32,406 bases of DNA from Candidatus Kaiserbacteria bacterium RIFOXYD1_FULL_42_15 (GCA_001783565.1 MFMT01000040.1:1-32406); one strand, 5' to 3'. Shown: positions 7,670 through 17,112, counted from the stretch's first letter. Made by a program: numbers and translations. Notes: generated by a model from the sequence alone, not told the origin.

Positions 7670-8755
7670 ATGAAGATTAACTATCTCATTTATCGTGCCA
7701 GACATCATTGGCAGACAGTAGCGTTTCTCGGTGGTTTCGTGACCGATATTCTCTGGCTGAATAAAGTTGACAGTGTCCTCGATAATGCCACTTTACTTTT
7801 TTATGTTTTCTTGGCGACGATTTCCATCCTGTTTCTCTATGCTGGTATTGCCGTCCGTTTTGGTGAGAGGTGGTCTCTCCGCGCTCGCAATCTAGCACCG
7901 ATTATCATGCAGTATTCTTTTGGTGGTTTGTTTTCAGGGATACTTATTTTTTATGGACACAGTGGAGACATTTTAGCCAGCTGGCCATTTCTAATTCTTT
8001 TTGTGGCCGGCATGGTTGCTAACGAGGTATTGAAGAGGCGTGAAGAAAAATTAGTCTTTAATCTCACGGCTTATTTTATTGGCATCTTTTCTTATCTTGT
8101 TCTCGGTATTTCGGTACTGACTGGTCTAATGGGGCCACTAATATTTATTGGCAGCGGAATCATTGCTTTAACGCTGGTTTATTTTTTAGTCCAATTTTTG
8201 GAACGTCTTATTCCGCATTACCTGGAACTACAAAAGCGGGCTATTGTCTTTAGTGTCTTTAGCGCCTTTGTTGTTTTAAATACTCTCTATTTTACTAATG
8301 TTATTCCGCCTATACCCTTATCCTTAAAAGAGATTACCATCGCGCAGTCAGTGGTGCGTTTTGGAACTGGAGAATACAAAGTTACTTACGAAACATTTTC
8401 GTGGTGGAATGTACCAGCTCATCTGCACATGCACACCTTTTTTCATCCGAGCGAAGTAGGAGCGGTTTTCTGTTTTACCAAAGTCTTTGCCCCGACCAGA
8501 ATCAAGACAGATATTTTTCATGTTTGGGAATTCAAAGATCCGGCAACGGGTGACTGGAAAGAGCATTTCAAATTATCCTATCCGATTACCGGTGAGGCAG
8601 TAGATGGCTACCGTGGTTATACTTCTATTCAATCCTTCCAAGATGGAGTATGGCGTTGTAGTGTAAAGACGGCGCGTGGGCAGGTTTTGGGTAGAAAAGT
8701 ATTCACTATTGATTCTACCCAAAAACCAAAAGAAATTGAGACAAAGATTGAATAA
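7670..8755 (+). CDS. integral membrane protein (~6 TM) with a C-terminal soluble domain, possibly DUF2914-like
   Basis: ATG 7670 (MKINYLIYRARHH) is chosen because the track's upstream extension runs through the glyA terminator. The N-half is hydrophobic. The C-terminus reads WEFKDPATGDWKE..GYRGYTS..GVWRCSVKTARGQVLG. TATAAT at 7658-7663 sits just upstream. Confidence 0.7.
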   Translation: MKINYLIYRARHHWQTVAFLGGFVTDILWLNKVDSVLDNATLLFYVFLATISILFLYAGIAVRFGERWSLRARNLAPIIMQYSFGGLFSGILIFYGHSGDILASWPFLILFVAGMVANEVLKRREEKLVFNLTAYFIGIFSYLVLGISVLTGLMGPLIFIGSGIIALTLVYFLVQFLERLIPHYLELQKRAIVFSVFSAFVVLNTLYFTNVIPPIPLSLKEITIAQSVVRFGTGEYKVTYETFSWWNVPAHLHMHTFFHPSEVGAVFCFTKVFAPTRIKTDIFHVWEFKDPATGDWKEHFKLSYPITGEAVDGYRGYTSIQSFQDGVWRCSVKTARGQVLGRKVFTIDSTQKPKEIETKIE

Positions 8756-8803
8756 TTGAAATTACTGTAAAAGATAAGCAAATTTAGGAATATTTGCTAT
8801 AGT

Positions 8804-10495
8804 GTGTCCATGGAAGACGTTATAAAAACAGCTATTGAAGAAGCGCTAGCAGGGCTAGGAATTGAGCCAGTTGATTTTACTGTGGAGCATCCGAGTGATA
8901 TGAGTCATGGTGATTTCGCTTGTAATGTGGCGATGGTGGTAGCTAAGAAAGTGAGGCAATCGCCACGGGAGGTAGCGGAGCAATTGCATACCAAACTCAA
9001 GGGACAAATTGAATATGTGGAAAAAATTGAGGTGGCCGGTCCGGGTTTTCTGAATTTTTATCTAGCTCGCGATTTCTTCACGGTTGAGTTGATGCGAACA
9101 TCTGCTCTCGGTGAGAAGTGGGGACACAATCAATCTTGGTTGGGAAAGAGAGTGGTAGTTGAATACACAGACCCCAACCCATTCAAAGAATTTCATATTG
9201 GTCACCTTTTTACCAATGTTGTGGGTGAAAGTATTGCTCGCCTATTTATGATGGCTGATGCCGATGTAAAACGCGTCTGCTATCAAGGAGATGTTGGTCT
9301 GCATGTCGCTCATGCTATCTGGGGGATGCAAGAACTAGGTATAAAAGCCGAGAGTGATCTTACCTCCCGTGATCTTGGTCGCGCTTATGCGCATGGCGCC
9401 ACGGCCTATAAAAATAATGAGAACGCTAAGGTGGCTATTACTGCGCTCAATAAAATTATTTATGAACGAAGTGATGAAGCGATCAACGTTCTCTATGATG
9501 CTGGCAGGGCAATCTCATTAGCTTATTTTGAGACCATTTACAAATTAGTTGATACAAAATTTGACTGGTACTTTTTTGAGAGTGAGGCAGCCCCGCGTGG
9601 CAAGCAAATAGTGTTGGATAATCCCACCATTTTCGTACCAAGTGACGGAGCTTTTATATTTAAAGGTGAGGATTACGGACTTCACACTCGGGTATTTCTT
9701 AATAAAGCTGGTCTACCGACCTATGAGGCCAAAGAACTGTCCTTAGCAAAAATGAAAGAGGAAGCTCTGGGTATTTATGATCATTCTGTGGTTTCTACCG
9801 CCAAAGAAATTAATGAGTACTTTAAAGTTTTGCTTAAAGCCATGAGTTTTATTTATCCAGAATTAGCCGAAAAGACCGAACATATTGGGCACGGCATGGT
9901 TCGTCTTACTACTGGTAAAATGTCATCACGAACCGGTGAAGTGATTGCGGCAGTTGACTTTATTGCTGATGTAGCAAAAAGTGTCCATGAAAAAATCCTG
10001 ACTGCTGGGGCGATTGAACCAGACGAGATGCTTTGCAATAATGTTGCTCTGGCTGCCATCAAGTACACAACGCTTAAGGGTAGTATTTTTCAGGATACTA
10101 TTTTTGATAAAACCAAGGCCCTTTCCTTTGAAGGTGACTCTGGTCCATATCTACAATACACCCATGCTCGTATTTGTAGTGTGCTCGAGAAGGCGTCCGC
10201 AGTAGGAGTGACACCACAAACGAAAGTTATTCCTCTAGCTCCATATAAAGTAGAGAAAATCCTCGCCCGTTTTGAAGAGGTAGTCAAATCAGCTCTCGAT
10301 GAGAGGGCTCCACACAAGGTCATTACCTATCTAACTGAATTGGCTGGCGAATTCAATACTTTTTACGCCCACGAGAAAATTGCCGACAAGGACGACAAAT
10401 ACGCCCCCTACAAAGCCACCGTAGCCGACGCCGTCCGCCTCACCCTAAAAAACGGCCTTTGGGTTCTAGGCATCAAAGCTCCAGAGCGGATGTAA
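8804..10495 (+). CDS. argS: arginyl-tRNA synthetase
   Basis: N-terminal Arg-tRNA-binding domain, the HIGH-type motif NPFKEFHIGHL, and a C-terminal DALR anticodon-binding region ending in M. An alternative ATG lies at 8810. Confidence 0.95.
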   Translation: MSMEDVIKTAIEEALAGLGIEPVDFTVEHPSDMSHGDFACNVAMVVAKKVRQSPREVAEQLHTKLKGQIEYVEKIEVAGPGFLNFYLARDFFTVELMRTSALGEKWGHNQSWLGKRVVVEYTDPNPFKEFHIGHLFTNVVGESIARLFMMADADVKRVCYQGDVGLHVAHAIWGMQELGIKAESDLTSRDLGRAYAHGATAYKNNENAKVAITALNKIIYERSDEAINVLYDAGRAISLAYFETIYKLVDTKFDWYFFESEAAPRGKQIVLDNPTIFVPSDGAFIFKGEDYGLHTRVFLNKAGLPTYEAKELSLAKMKEEALGIYDHSVVSTAKEINEYFKVLLKAMSFIYPELAEKTEHIGHGMVRLTTGKMSSRTGEVIAAVDFIADVAKSVHEKILTAGAIEPDEMLCNNVALAAIKYTTLKGSIFQDTIFDKTKALSFEGDSGPYLQYTHARICSVLEKASAVGVTPQTKVIPLAPYKVEKILARFEEVVKSALDERAPHKVITYLTELAGEFNTFYAHEKIADKDDKYAPYKATVADAVRLTLKNGLWVLGIKAPERM

Positions 10496-10503
10496 AGCAA
10501 AAC

Positions 10504-10581
10504 AACGAGCGGAAGCGAGTATGATTTTGCTTTGTTCCAGCGATTTGCTCTACCGAGAGCAAATCGCTGGAACCAGAACTC
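10504..10581. repeat. hairpin-containing dispersed repeat (family 2), copy 1
   Basis: A perfect 18-bp stem, GTTCCAGCGATTTGCTCT / AGAGCAAATCGCTGGAAC (10534-10573). The flanks AACGAGCGGAAGCGA and AATCGCTGGAACCAGAACTC recur at 26805-26936. Confidence 0.8.
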
Positions 10582-10602
10582 TCAACAGCGAATCCATGCT
10601 TG

Positions 10603-10904
10603 TTACTGATTAAATCAGATTTATGATATTATCAAAACAGGGAGAGAAACCATGGGGAGGAGGAGTGACATGTTGGCATACTTCTGGTCGCTATTTATGG
10701 GTTTGTATCAACCACCTCCGGATTTGTCCATTAGACATATCCAACCAAACGCCAAGAAGGCGTATTGAGGTGGAATCATCGGCACGGCTTTCCATTTTGG
10801 GAAGCTGTGCCGAATCTGTTTCCAAACCGCAAAATGATGGTAATATACCTAAGCGCACCTGATATGTGCGTTTTAAAAATAATGTCTGATATACATTCAT
10901 ACCT
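10603..10904 (+). promoter_or_regulatory. long structured ileS leader: promoter plus two terminator-like hairpins, possibly a T-box
   Basis: TTACTG, 18-nt spacer, TGaTATTAT (10603-10632). AUC-A at 10707-10710 sits next to a helix. GAGGUGGAAUC (10767-10777) resembles the T-box core. Hairpins lie at 10780-10812 (14-bp stem) and 10853-10874 followed by UUUU. Confidence 0.4.
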
Positions 10905-13900
10905 ATGAACAAACAACATGGACGGGAAAATGATTCTGTCGCAGTAACGCCAGAAGTAGAAAAATCTGATGTGGCTTTGCGCGAAGAAGTTATTCAACAG
11001 TTTTGGAAAGATAACGATATTTTTAATAAAAGCTTGTCCAAACCGGCCGGCGCTGACCCTAAAGGAGACTTTGTATTTTACGACGGACCACCTTTTGCTA
11101 CTGGTACGCCACACTATGGTCATATTTTGGCCGGCACCATTAAGGACGCCATCCCGCGTTTTTGGACAATGCAGGGCTACCATGTCCCACGCAAGTGGGG
11201 CTGGGACTGCCATGGTCTGCCGTTGGAAAATCTGATTGAGAAAAAACTTGGTCTTGGTACCAAGCGTGATATTGAGGCCTTTGGAGTCAAAAACTTTAAC
11301 GAAACCGCCCGTTCGGCTGTTTTGGAATACGCGGATTACTGGGGCAAGGTAGTGCCTCGCATGGGACGTTGGGCTGATATGGAAAGTGATTACCGAACTA
11401 TGGATAGTACCTACACCGAAAGTGTTTGGTGGGTATTTAAGTCACTTCATGATAAAGGTTTGGTATTTGAGGGTTTTAAAAGCATGCACCTTTGTCCTCG
11501 TTGTGGTACAACGCTCAGTAATTTTGAAGTAAACCAAGGATACAAAGACATCAAGGACATTGCCGTGACGGTAAAGCTACCCCTTCTTGATGAACAGGGA
11601 AAGATTACTGACACAAGTTTGCTAGTATGGACAACCACTCCATGGACATTGCCGGGGAATATGGCTACCGCAGTTCACAATGACGTTGAATATACAAAAG
11701 TAAAAATACGGTCATCCGATGACCGTATTTTGGATGAGTGTGTAATTTTGGCAAAAGAACGCCTCGCTCAACTGGGTGACATACCGTACGAAGTTGTCGA
11801 AGAGTTTAAAGGGTCAGCCCTGGTTGGAAAATCATTCCAGCCGCCATTTGATTATTGGTTGAAACAAGATTTTGCTGGAAAAGAAAAGGCCTGGAAAATT
11901 TACCATGCTGATTATGTCGAAGTCGGTGCCGAGGGAACGGGTGCAGTGCATCTTGCTCCGGCCTATGGTGACGATGATATGACCTTGGCCAAAGTACACG
12001 GTGTCCCTATTGTGCATCACGTCAATCCTGATGGTCACTTTATGGACTTCGTAATAGATTTTGCTGGTCAATTGGTCAAGCCCAAGGATGATGAGGCATC
12101 GGAAGTATCACACCTTGATGCAGATATTGAAATTGTCAAAGCGCTTAACGCGAGTGGACGCCTATTCAAGAAAGAAAACATAACGCACAGCTATCCACAC
12201 TGTTGGCGGTGTGATACACCACTCCTCAATTACGCAACGACTTCGTGGTTTGTTAATGTTCCAAAAATCAAAGACGAATTGGTGACTGAGAATAACAAAG
12301 TAAACTGGGTACCAGAATATGTCGGCCGTGCTCGTTTTGGTAATTGGCTGGAAGGAGCTCGCGACTGGGCAGTTTCGCGCCAACGCTACTGGGGTGCACC
12401 ATTGCCAATTTGGAAAAACCCCACCACTGGAGAATATAAAGTCATCGGTTCGCTAGTTGACCTACAACAATATGTACCCAAGAGTGGCAACACCTACTTA
12501 CTCATGCGTCACGGTGAGACAGAGAGTAATGTTAAAGGTGTCATTAGTTCTCATCCTGACAGCCGTGATTCGCTTACACAAAAAGGGCAAGAACAAATCA
12601 AGGCATCCATCGCTGATATCGGTAAAATTGATTTAATCATTCACTCTGGTTTTGAACGCACTCGGCAGACGGCTGAACTGTTGTCGGAAAACCTCGGCGA
12701 AATAGACATAATTGCAGATCAGCGAATTGGTGAACTACAAGCGGGAGACATTCTTGAGGGTAAAACTTGGGACAAATATAACGAACAATTTCCTACTTGG
12801 AAAGACAGATATGAAATGGTTATCCCTAATACAGAAAATCGGCGCGATGTTCAGGTGCGTATGGGCAAATTCCTGTTTGAGTTAGAGCAGACATATAAGA
12901 ATAAAAGAATTTTGATTATTAGTCATGCCGGTCCACTCTTTGCCCTTGAATCAGCGGCTCGAGGTTTGAATCCCGAAGGAGCAAAAGATTATTATGATAC
13001 ATTAAAAAATATGTATTTTAATAATTCCGAAATTCGAGAATTGAACTTTACACCATTCCCTCACAACTATAACCTTGAACTCGACTATCATCGTCCGTAC
13101 ATTGATGAAATCGATTTATTTGACACTGACGGGACAAAGCTCGAGCGAGTGCCGGATGTTTTCGATTGTTGGTTTGAAAGTGGGTCAATGCCGTATGGTC
13201 AACATCATTACCCGTTTGAAAATAAAGAAGAATTTGAAAAAAATCTCTTCCCAGCTCAGTTTATTGCTGAAGGTTTGGATCAAACTCGGGGCTGGTTCTA
13301 TTCGCTGATTGTTCTTGGAACGGCGTTGTTTGGAAAATCCCCTTATCAAAATGTAATAGTAAACGGACTGGTCTTGGCGGAGGATGGTAAAAAGATGAGT
13401 AAATCACTCAAGAACTATCCAGACCCAATGGAGTTGGTTGACAGGATGGGGGCTGATGCCATGCGTCTATACTTGATGACGTCACCGGTAATCCGTGGTG
13501 AGGACTTGAACTTTTCTGAAAAAGAAGTTTTGGAATTACAACGAAAAAATATTGGACGGCTACACAATGTGTTGGCTATGTATGAGATGTTTGCTGATGG
13601 GACCGAGGCGCACAAAAATTCTACTCATATATTAGATAGATGGATTATGGCGCGGCTCAATGAATTGACCGCTTCGTCTACTGCCGGCTATAAGTCCTAT
13701 GAACTTGATAAAGCCACTCGGCCAATAATTGATTTTATTGATGATTTATCGGTTTGGTATCTACGCCGTTCACGAGATCGGTTTAAAGGTTCTGATGAAT
13801 CAGATAGAACGGCAGCCCTAGGTACTTTGCGTTATATTCTTCGTGAGTTAGCTAAAGTTATCGCTCCAGCGATGCCGTTTTATGCTGAATATTTGTGGTT

Positions 13901-14459
13901 GGTGGTGCGCAGTGAAAGTGAGCCAGAAAGTGTCCACCTAACCGCCTGGCCAGAGGGCGGGGAAGTTGACGAAATGCTATTAGAAGAAATGAAAAAAGCC
14001 CGTCAGATAGTTACTCTGGCCCTGGAAGCACGTGTCAAAGCCAATCTAAAAGTGCGTCAGCCACTCCAATCAATATCAGGACCAAAATTATCAGCTGAAA
14101 TTGTTGACACGGTATTGGGTGAGGTTAATGCTAAAGAATATAAAATAATAAATTCTCCATCCACTGAGGAATTTCTAGTTCAGATAGATACAGAAATTAC
14201 TCCAGCTCTCAAGGCCGAAGGTGACGCTCGGGAATTTATCCGCGCTATCCAAGAGCAACGTAAAGCTAGTGGATTCGCGCCACAGGATCGTATTATTCTC
14301 ACCGTTGAGGTGAATGAAGTTGGCGAGAGTCTTATCAAAAAATTCATGTCCGAAATCCAAAAGGTAACCGGAACCGAGGTTTTTATATTTGGCACAAACA
14401 AGGGCGTCAAGATATCTGCCGGTGAGTCCACATTTGTGGTGTTGCTCCAAAGAAAATAA
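10905..14459 (+). CDS. ileS: isoleucyl-tRNA synthetase (type 2-like) with an inserted histidine-phosphatase domain
   Basis: PHYGHIL (HIGH), TTTPWTLPGN (editing), RQRYWGAPLPIW, DCWFESGS and KKMSKSLKNYPDP. The insert at ~12489-13070 carries RHGE and SHAG motifs. Confidence 0.97.
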   Translation: MNKQHGRENDSVAVTPEVEKSDVALREEVIQQFWKDNDIFNKSLSKPAGADPKGDFVFYDGPPFATGTPHYGHILAGTIKDAIPRFWTMQGYHVPRKWGWDCHGLPLENLIEKKLGLGTKRDIEAFGVKNFNETARSAVLEYADYWGKVVPRMGRWADMESDYRTMDSTYTESVWWVFKSLHDKGLVFEGFKSMHLCPRCGTTLSNFEVNQGYKDIKDIAVTVKLPLLDEQGKITDTSLLVWTTTPWTLPGNMATAVHNDVEYTKVKIRSSDDRILDECVILAKERLAQLGDIPYEVVEEFKGSALVGKSFQPPFDYWLKQDFAGKEKAWKIYHADYVEVGAEGTGAVHLAPAYGDDDMTLAKVHGVPIVHHVNPDGHFMDFVIDFAGQLVKPKDDEASEVSHLDADIEIVKALNASGRLFKKENITHSYPHCWRCDTPLLNYATTSWFVNVPKIKDELVTENNKVNWVPEYVGRARFGNWLEGARDWAVSRQRYWGAPLPIWKNPTTGEYKVIGSLVDLQQYVPKSGNTYLLMRHGETESNVKGVISSHPDSRDSLTQKGQEQIKASIADIGKIDLIIHSGFERTRQTAELLSENLGEIDIIADQRIGELQAGDILEGKTWDKYNEQFPTWKDRYEMVIPNTENRRDVQVRMGKFLFELEQTYKNKRILIISHAGPLFALESAARGLNPEGAKDYYDTLKNMYFNNSEIRELNFTPFPHNYNLELDYHRPYIDEIDLFDTDGTKLERVPDVFDCWFESGSMPYGQHHYPFENKEEFEKNLFPAQFIAEGLDQTRGWFYSLIVLGTALFGKSPYQNVIVNGLVLAEDGKKMSKSLKNYPDPMELVDRMGADAMRLYLMTSPVIRGEDLNFSEKEVLELQRKNIGRLHNVLAMYEMFADGTEAHKNSTHILDRWIMARLNELTASSTAGYKSYELDKATRPIIDFIDDLSVWYLRRSRDRFKGSDESDRTAALGTLRYILRELAKVIAPAMPFYAEYLWLVVRSESEPESVHLTAWPEGGEVDEMLLEEMKKARQIVTLALEARVKANLKVRQPLQSISGPKLSAEIVDTVLGEVNAKEYKIINSPSTEEFLVQIDTEITPALKAEGDAREFIRAIQEQRKASGFAPQDRIILTVEVNEVGESLIKKFMSEIQKVTGTEVFIFGTNKGVKISAGESTFVVLLQRK

Positions 14460-15040
14460 TGTCTTATCAGACCTATACAACCGAAGCCATGGTTTGCGGT
14501 AGTTATGCTAATAATACGGCCGACAAGTCATTTCTCCTGTTTACCAAACGGGCTGGCATGATTTATGCTACGGCGCGCAGTGTACGTGAAGAACGGAGTC
14601 GCCAGCGTTACGCCCTGCAAGATTTTTCCCTTGTTTCAGTTTCTTTGGTGCACGGCAAGAGTGGATGGCGGATTGGTAGTGTTGAGGCCCGCGGAAATAT
14701 TTTTTCTATCGCTACCACTAGGTCAGAGAGGGGAAGTATCGTCCGTTTGGTAAAAATGCTTCGGCGTTTTGTTCAAGGAGAGGAACCTCATCCAGAATTA
14801 TACGAAGAATTCCTACATAGTCTCGATTACTTATCAATCATTCCAGATACGGAACGACCAACCTTAGAAAAATTATTGATGGTGCGATTACTATATCTAT
14901 TAGGATATATTGCACCCCCTGCAGAAATTAAGCTGTTATTAGAGCACTCTCTTGAATCACTGGATATTTTAACCATAAAATCACAGATAAATTCTATTGA
15001 ACGGTTACTAGAAAACGCTCAGACAGTCAGTCATCTATAG
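14459..15040 (+). CDS. recO: DNA repair protein RecO, short form (193 aa)
   Basis: N-terminal OB-like pattern TEAMVCGS..DKSFLLFTKRAGMIYATARSVREERSRQRYALQDFS, then LRLLYLLGYIAP. The start overlaps the ileS stop (ATAATG). Confidence 0.6.
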   Translation: MSYQTYTTEAMVCGSYANNTADKSFLLFTKRAGMIYATARSVREERSRQRYALQDFSLVSVSLVHGKSGWRIGSVEARGNIFSIATTRSERGSIVRLVKMLRRFVQGEEPHPELYEEFLHSLDYLSIIPDTERPTLEKLLMVRLLYLLGYIAPPAEIKLLLEHSLESLDILTIKSQINSIERLLENAQTVSHL

Positions 15041-15135
15041 TTTATGTTGAAAATGAAGTCTCGGTTCATCTCCGTTTTTGACGGGTGTGACTTGAAAGAC
15101 GAATTATCATATAAAATGATATACTGTTGACTAAT

Positions 15136-17112
15136 ATGCCACCGCTTAAAAATCAAGCTCAGATTGAAGACATGCGTCGCCGGCTCTATGAACGGGGTAT
15201 TAACATTACCCCCAAAAAACGACACGAATTATCTGACAATCCTCAAAAGGTGGCTGATTCTTGGCAATACGATAGACCCGCAGTTTCTAGCCCAACTGCA
15301 TCAATTGGGGATTCTGACCCCAGACCGGCCACATTAACCAAACCAAAGCTTGAAGTGTTAACACCTACCACAGAAACCAAGAAGAGGTGGTTTCATAATT
15401 ATCGAACTATTATTCTCATGGTGACTTTAGTGTCATTCTTAGTGGTTCTTGGTGGTACAAGTATCTACTTATTTTTTGGGTCAAATCAAATATCAAACAA
15501 AAATATTGATATTAATATTAGCGGTTCCTTAACCACTGGCGGAGGCGAAATCATGTCTCTTCAGGTTACGGTTGCTAATCTCAATAAAGTATCTATTGAA
15601 TCAGCAGTCCTGATTGTTAATTATCCCTCGGGCACCAAATCGGCTGATGATACTGCCAAAGATCTTTTTGAGGATAGAATTCAGTTAAATAGCATCAATG
15701 CTGGAGAGACAATAAATGTTCCGGTCAAAGCAGTTATGTACGGGGAAGAAAATCAGGAAGGAGAAATCAAGGCCACGATTGAATATCGTTTAGTTGATTC
15801 TAATGGCACTTTTTATAAAGATGCCACTCCATTGGTTTTTAGAATAACCTCCTCTCCTTTAGTTATCCGGGTTGATTCTGTTAGTAAAGTGTCGGCTGGA
15901 CAAGAGGTGGATGTTACCTTAACCATTCAGTCCAATGCCTCAACGCCTCTAAAAGATATTATTGTTTCGGCAGATTATCCCACCAACTTTGATTTTACTA
16001 GTTCTGAGCCGGCTCCAAGCTATCGAGAAAACTCTTGGTTGATTAAGGAAATAGCGCCAGAGGAATCAACTACCATCGTGCTTAAGGGGTTGATTGTCGG
16101 AAAGCAAAACGAAGAATTTCGAATTCAGTTTTTGGCTGGCACTCCACAGCAAAACAACCAATTTATAATTGGCTCAACTTTGGCTGAGGCCAGCGCAGAT
16201 TTTATTATTGAACAACCTTTTATTGATGTTGGACTCAGTATCAACGGCCTAAAAGGAGAAGTAGTTACCCTACAAACTGGTGAAGAAACAACCGTTGTCG
16301 TAGAGGTGCAAAATACTCTAGTTGACACCCTTTATAATATGTCTCTTGAGGTTGGGGTAGTTGGGAACAGCATCATCAAAGATCATGTTACAGTCCAAAA
16401 TGGTTATTATGATTCAGTAAAAAATGTTATCCGGTACCAGGTTTCAGGTGATTCCTCTCTGGCCCAGGTGGCTCCGGGGGCGACTAAGCGTTTCACCTTT
16501 TCAATTTTACCCAGTAATCAAAAACAAACTCCCTCATTTATGGTGACAGCCAATGCGTACGCTAGACGAGTTTCTGAGGATAGTGCCACCGAGCAACTGG
16601 TCGGTACAGCGAAATCGGAAGCCAAATTTGCTTCATCAGTCAGTATGGTTGGTAAAATCACTCACGGCTCTGGTGTGTTTACCGATATTGGCGCAATACC
16701 ACCGATAGCAGATACTAAAACAACCTACACCGTAACATTGACAGCTGGCGCAGGTGGCAATAATGTCTCAGGAGTGTCCGTGTCATCCTCTTTACCACAA
16801 TATGTTGGTTGGGAGAATAAAACCACCGGAGACGGTACAATAATTTTTAATCCGGTTTCCAATGAAATAACTTGGACGGTGGGAGATATTGTAGCTGGTA
16901 AAGAAAAGCAAATTAGTTTCCAAATTAGTTTGCTACCAAGTCAAAACCAAATCGGCACCACCCCAGCTCTACTCGGAGCCCAAAGACTGCGCGGTACTGA
17001 TTTATTTACTGGTACGGTGGTACGGGCAGAAGCGGTTCCATTGAGTGCGGAGCTGGACAAAAGTTTAGGTTTTGGAATAGATAACGGCGTTGTCGGAAGA
17101 ACAGCTGATTAA
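15136..17112 (+). CDS. membrane-anchored surface protein with tandem beta-sandwich (DUF11/CARDB-like) repeats
   Basis: One TM segment (IILMVTLVSFLVVLGGTSIYLFF) followed by four or more ~100-aa modules sharing the pattern G-E/Q-x-V-x-V-x-V-x-V-x-N. The track start TTG 15127 is an alternative. Confidence 0.75.
   Translation: MPPLKNQAQIEDMRRRLYERGINITPKKRHELSDNPQKVADSWQYDRPAVSSPTASIGDSDPRPATLTKPKLEVLTPTTETKKRWFHNYRTIILMVTLVSFLVVLGGTSIYLFFGSNQISNKNIDINISGSLTTGGGEIMSLQVTVANLNKVSIESAVLIVNYPSGTKSADDTAKDLFEDRIQLNSINAGETINVPVKAVMYGEENQEGEIKATIEYRLVDSNGTFYKDATPLVFRITSSPLVIRVDSVSKVSAGQEVDVTLTIQSNASTPLKDIIVSADYPTNFDFTSSEPAPSYRENSWLIKEIAPEESTTIVLKGLIVGKQNEEFRIQFLAGTPQQNNQFIIGSTLAEASADFIIEQPFIDVGLSINGLKGEVVTLQTGEETTVVVEVQNTLVDTLYNMSLEVGVVGNSIIKDHVTVQNGYYDSVKNVIRYQVSGDSSLAQVAPGATKRFTFSILPSNQKQTPSFMVTANAYARRVSEDSATEQLVGTAKSEAKFASSVSMVGKITHGSGVFTDIGAIPPIADTKTTYTVTLTAGAGGNNVSGVSVSSSLPQYVGWENKTTGDGTIIFNPVSNEITWTVGDIVAGKEKQISFQISLLPSQNQIGTTPALLGAQRLRGTDLFTGTVVRAEAVPLSAELDKSLGFGIDNGVVGRTAD

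Noticed and set aside
10623-11213. ORFs 10623..10862(+), 10691..10912(-) and 10776..11213(-)
   Set aside because: They lie in the structured ileS leader or antisense to the ileS 5' end, have no motifs or RBS, and are better explained as leader RNA.
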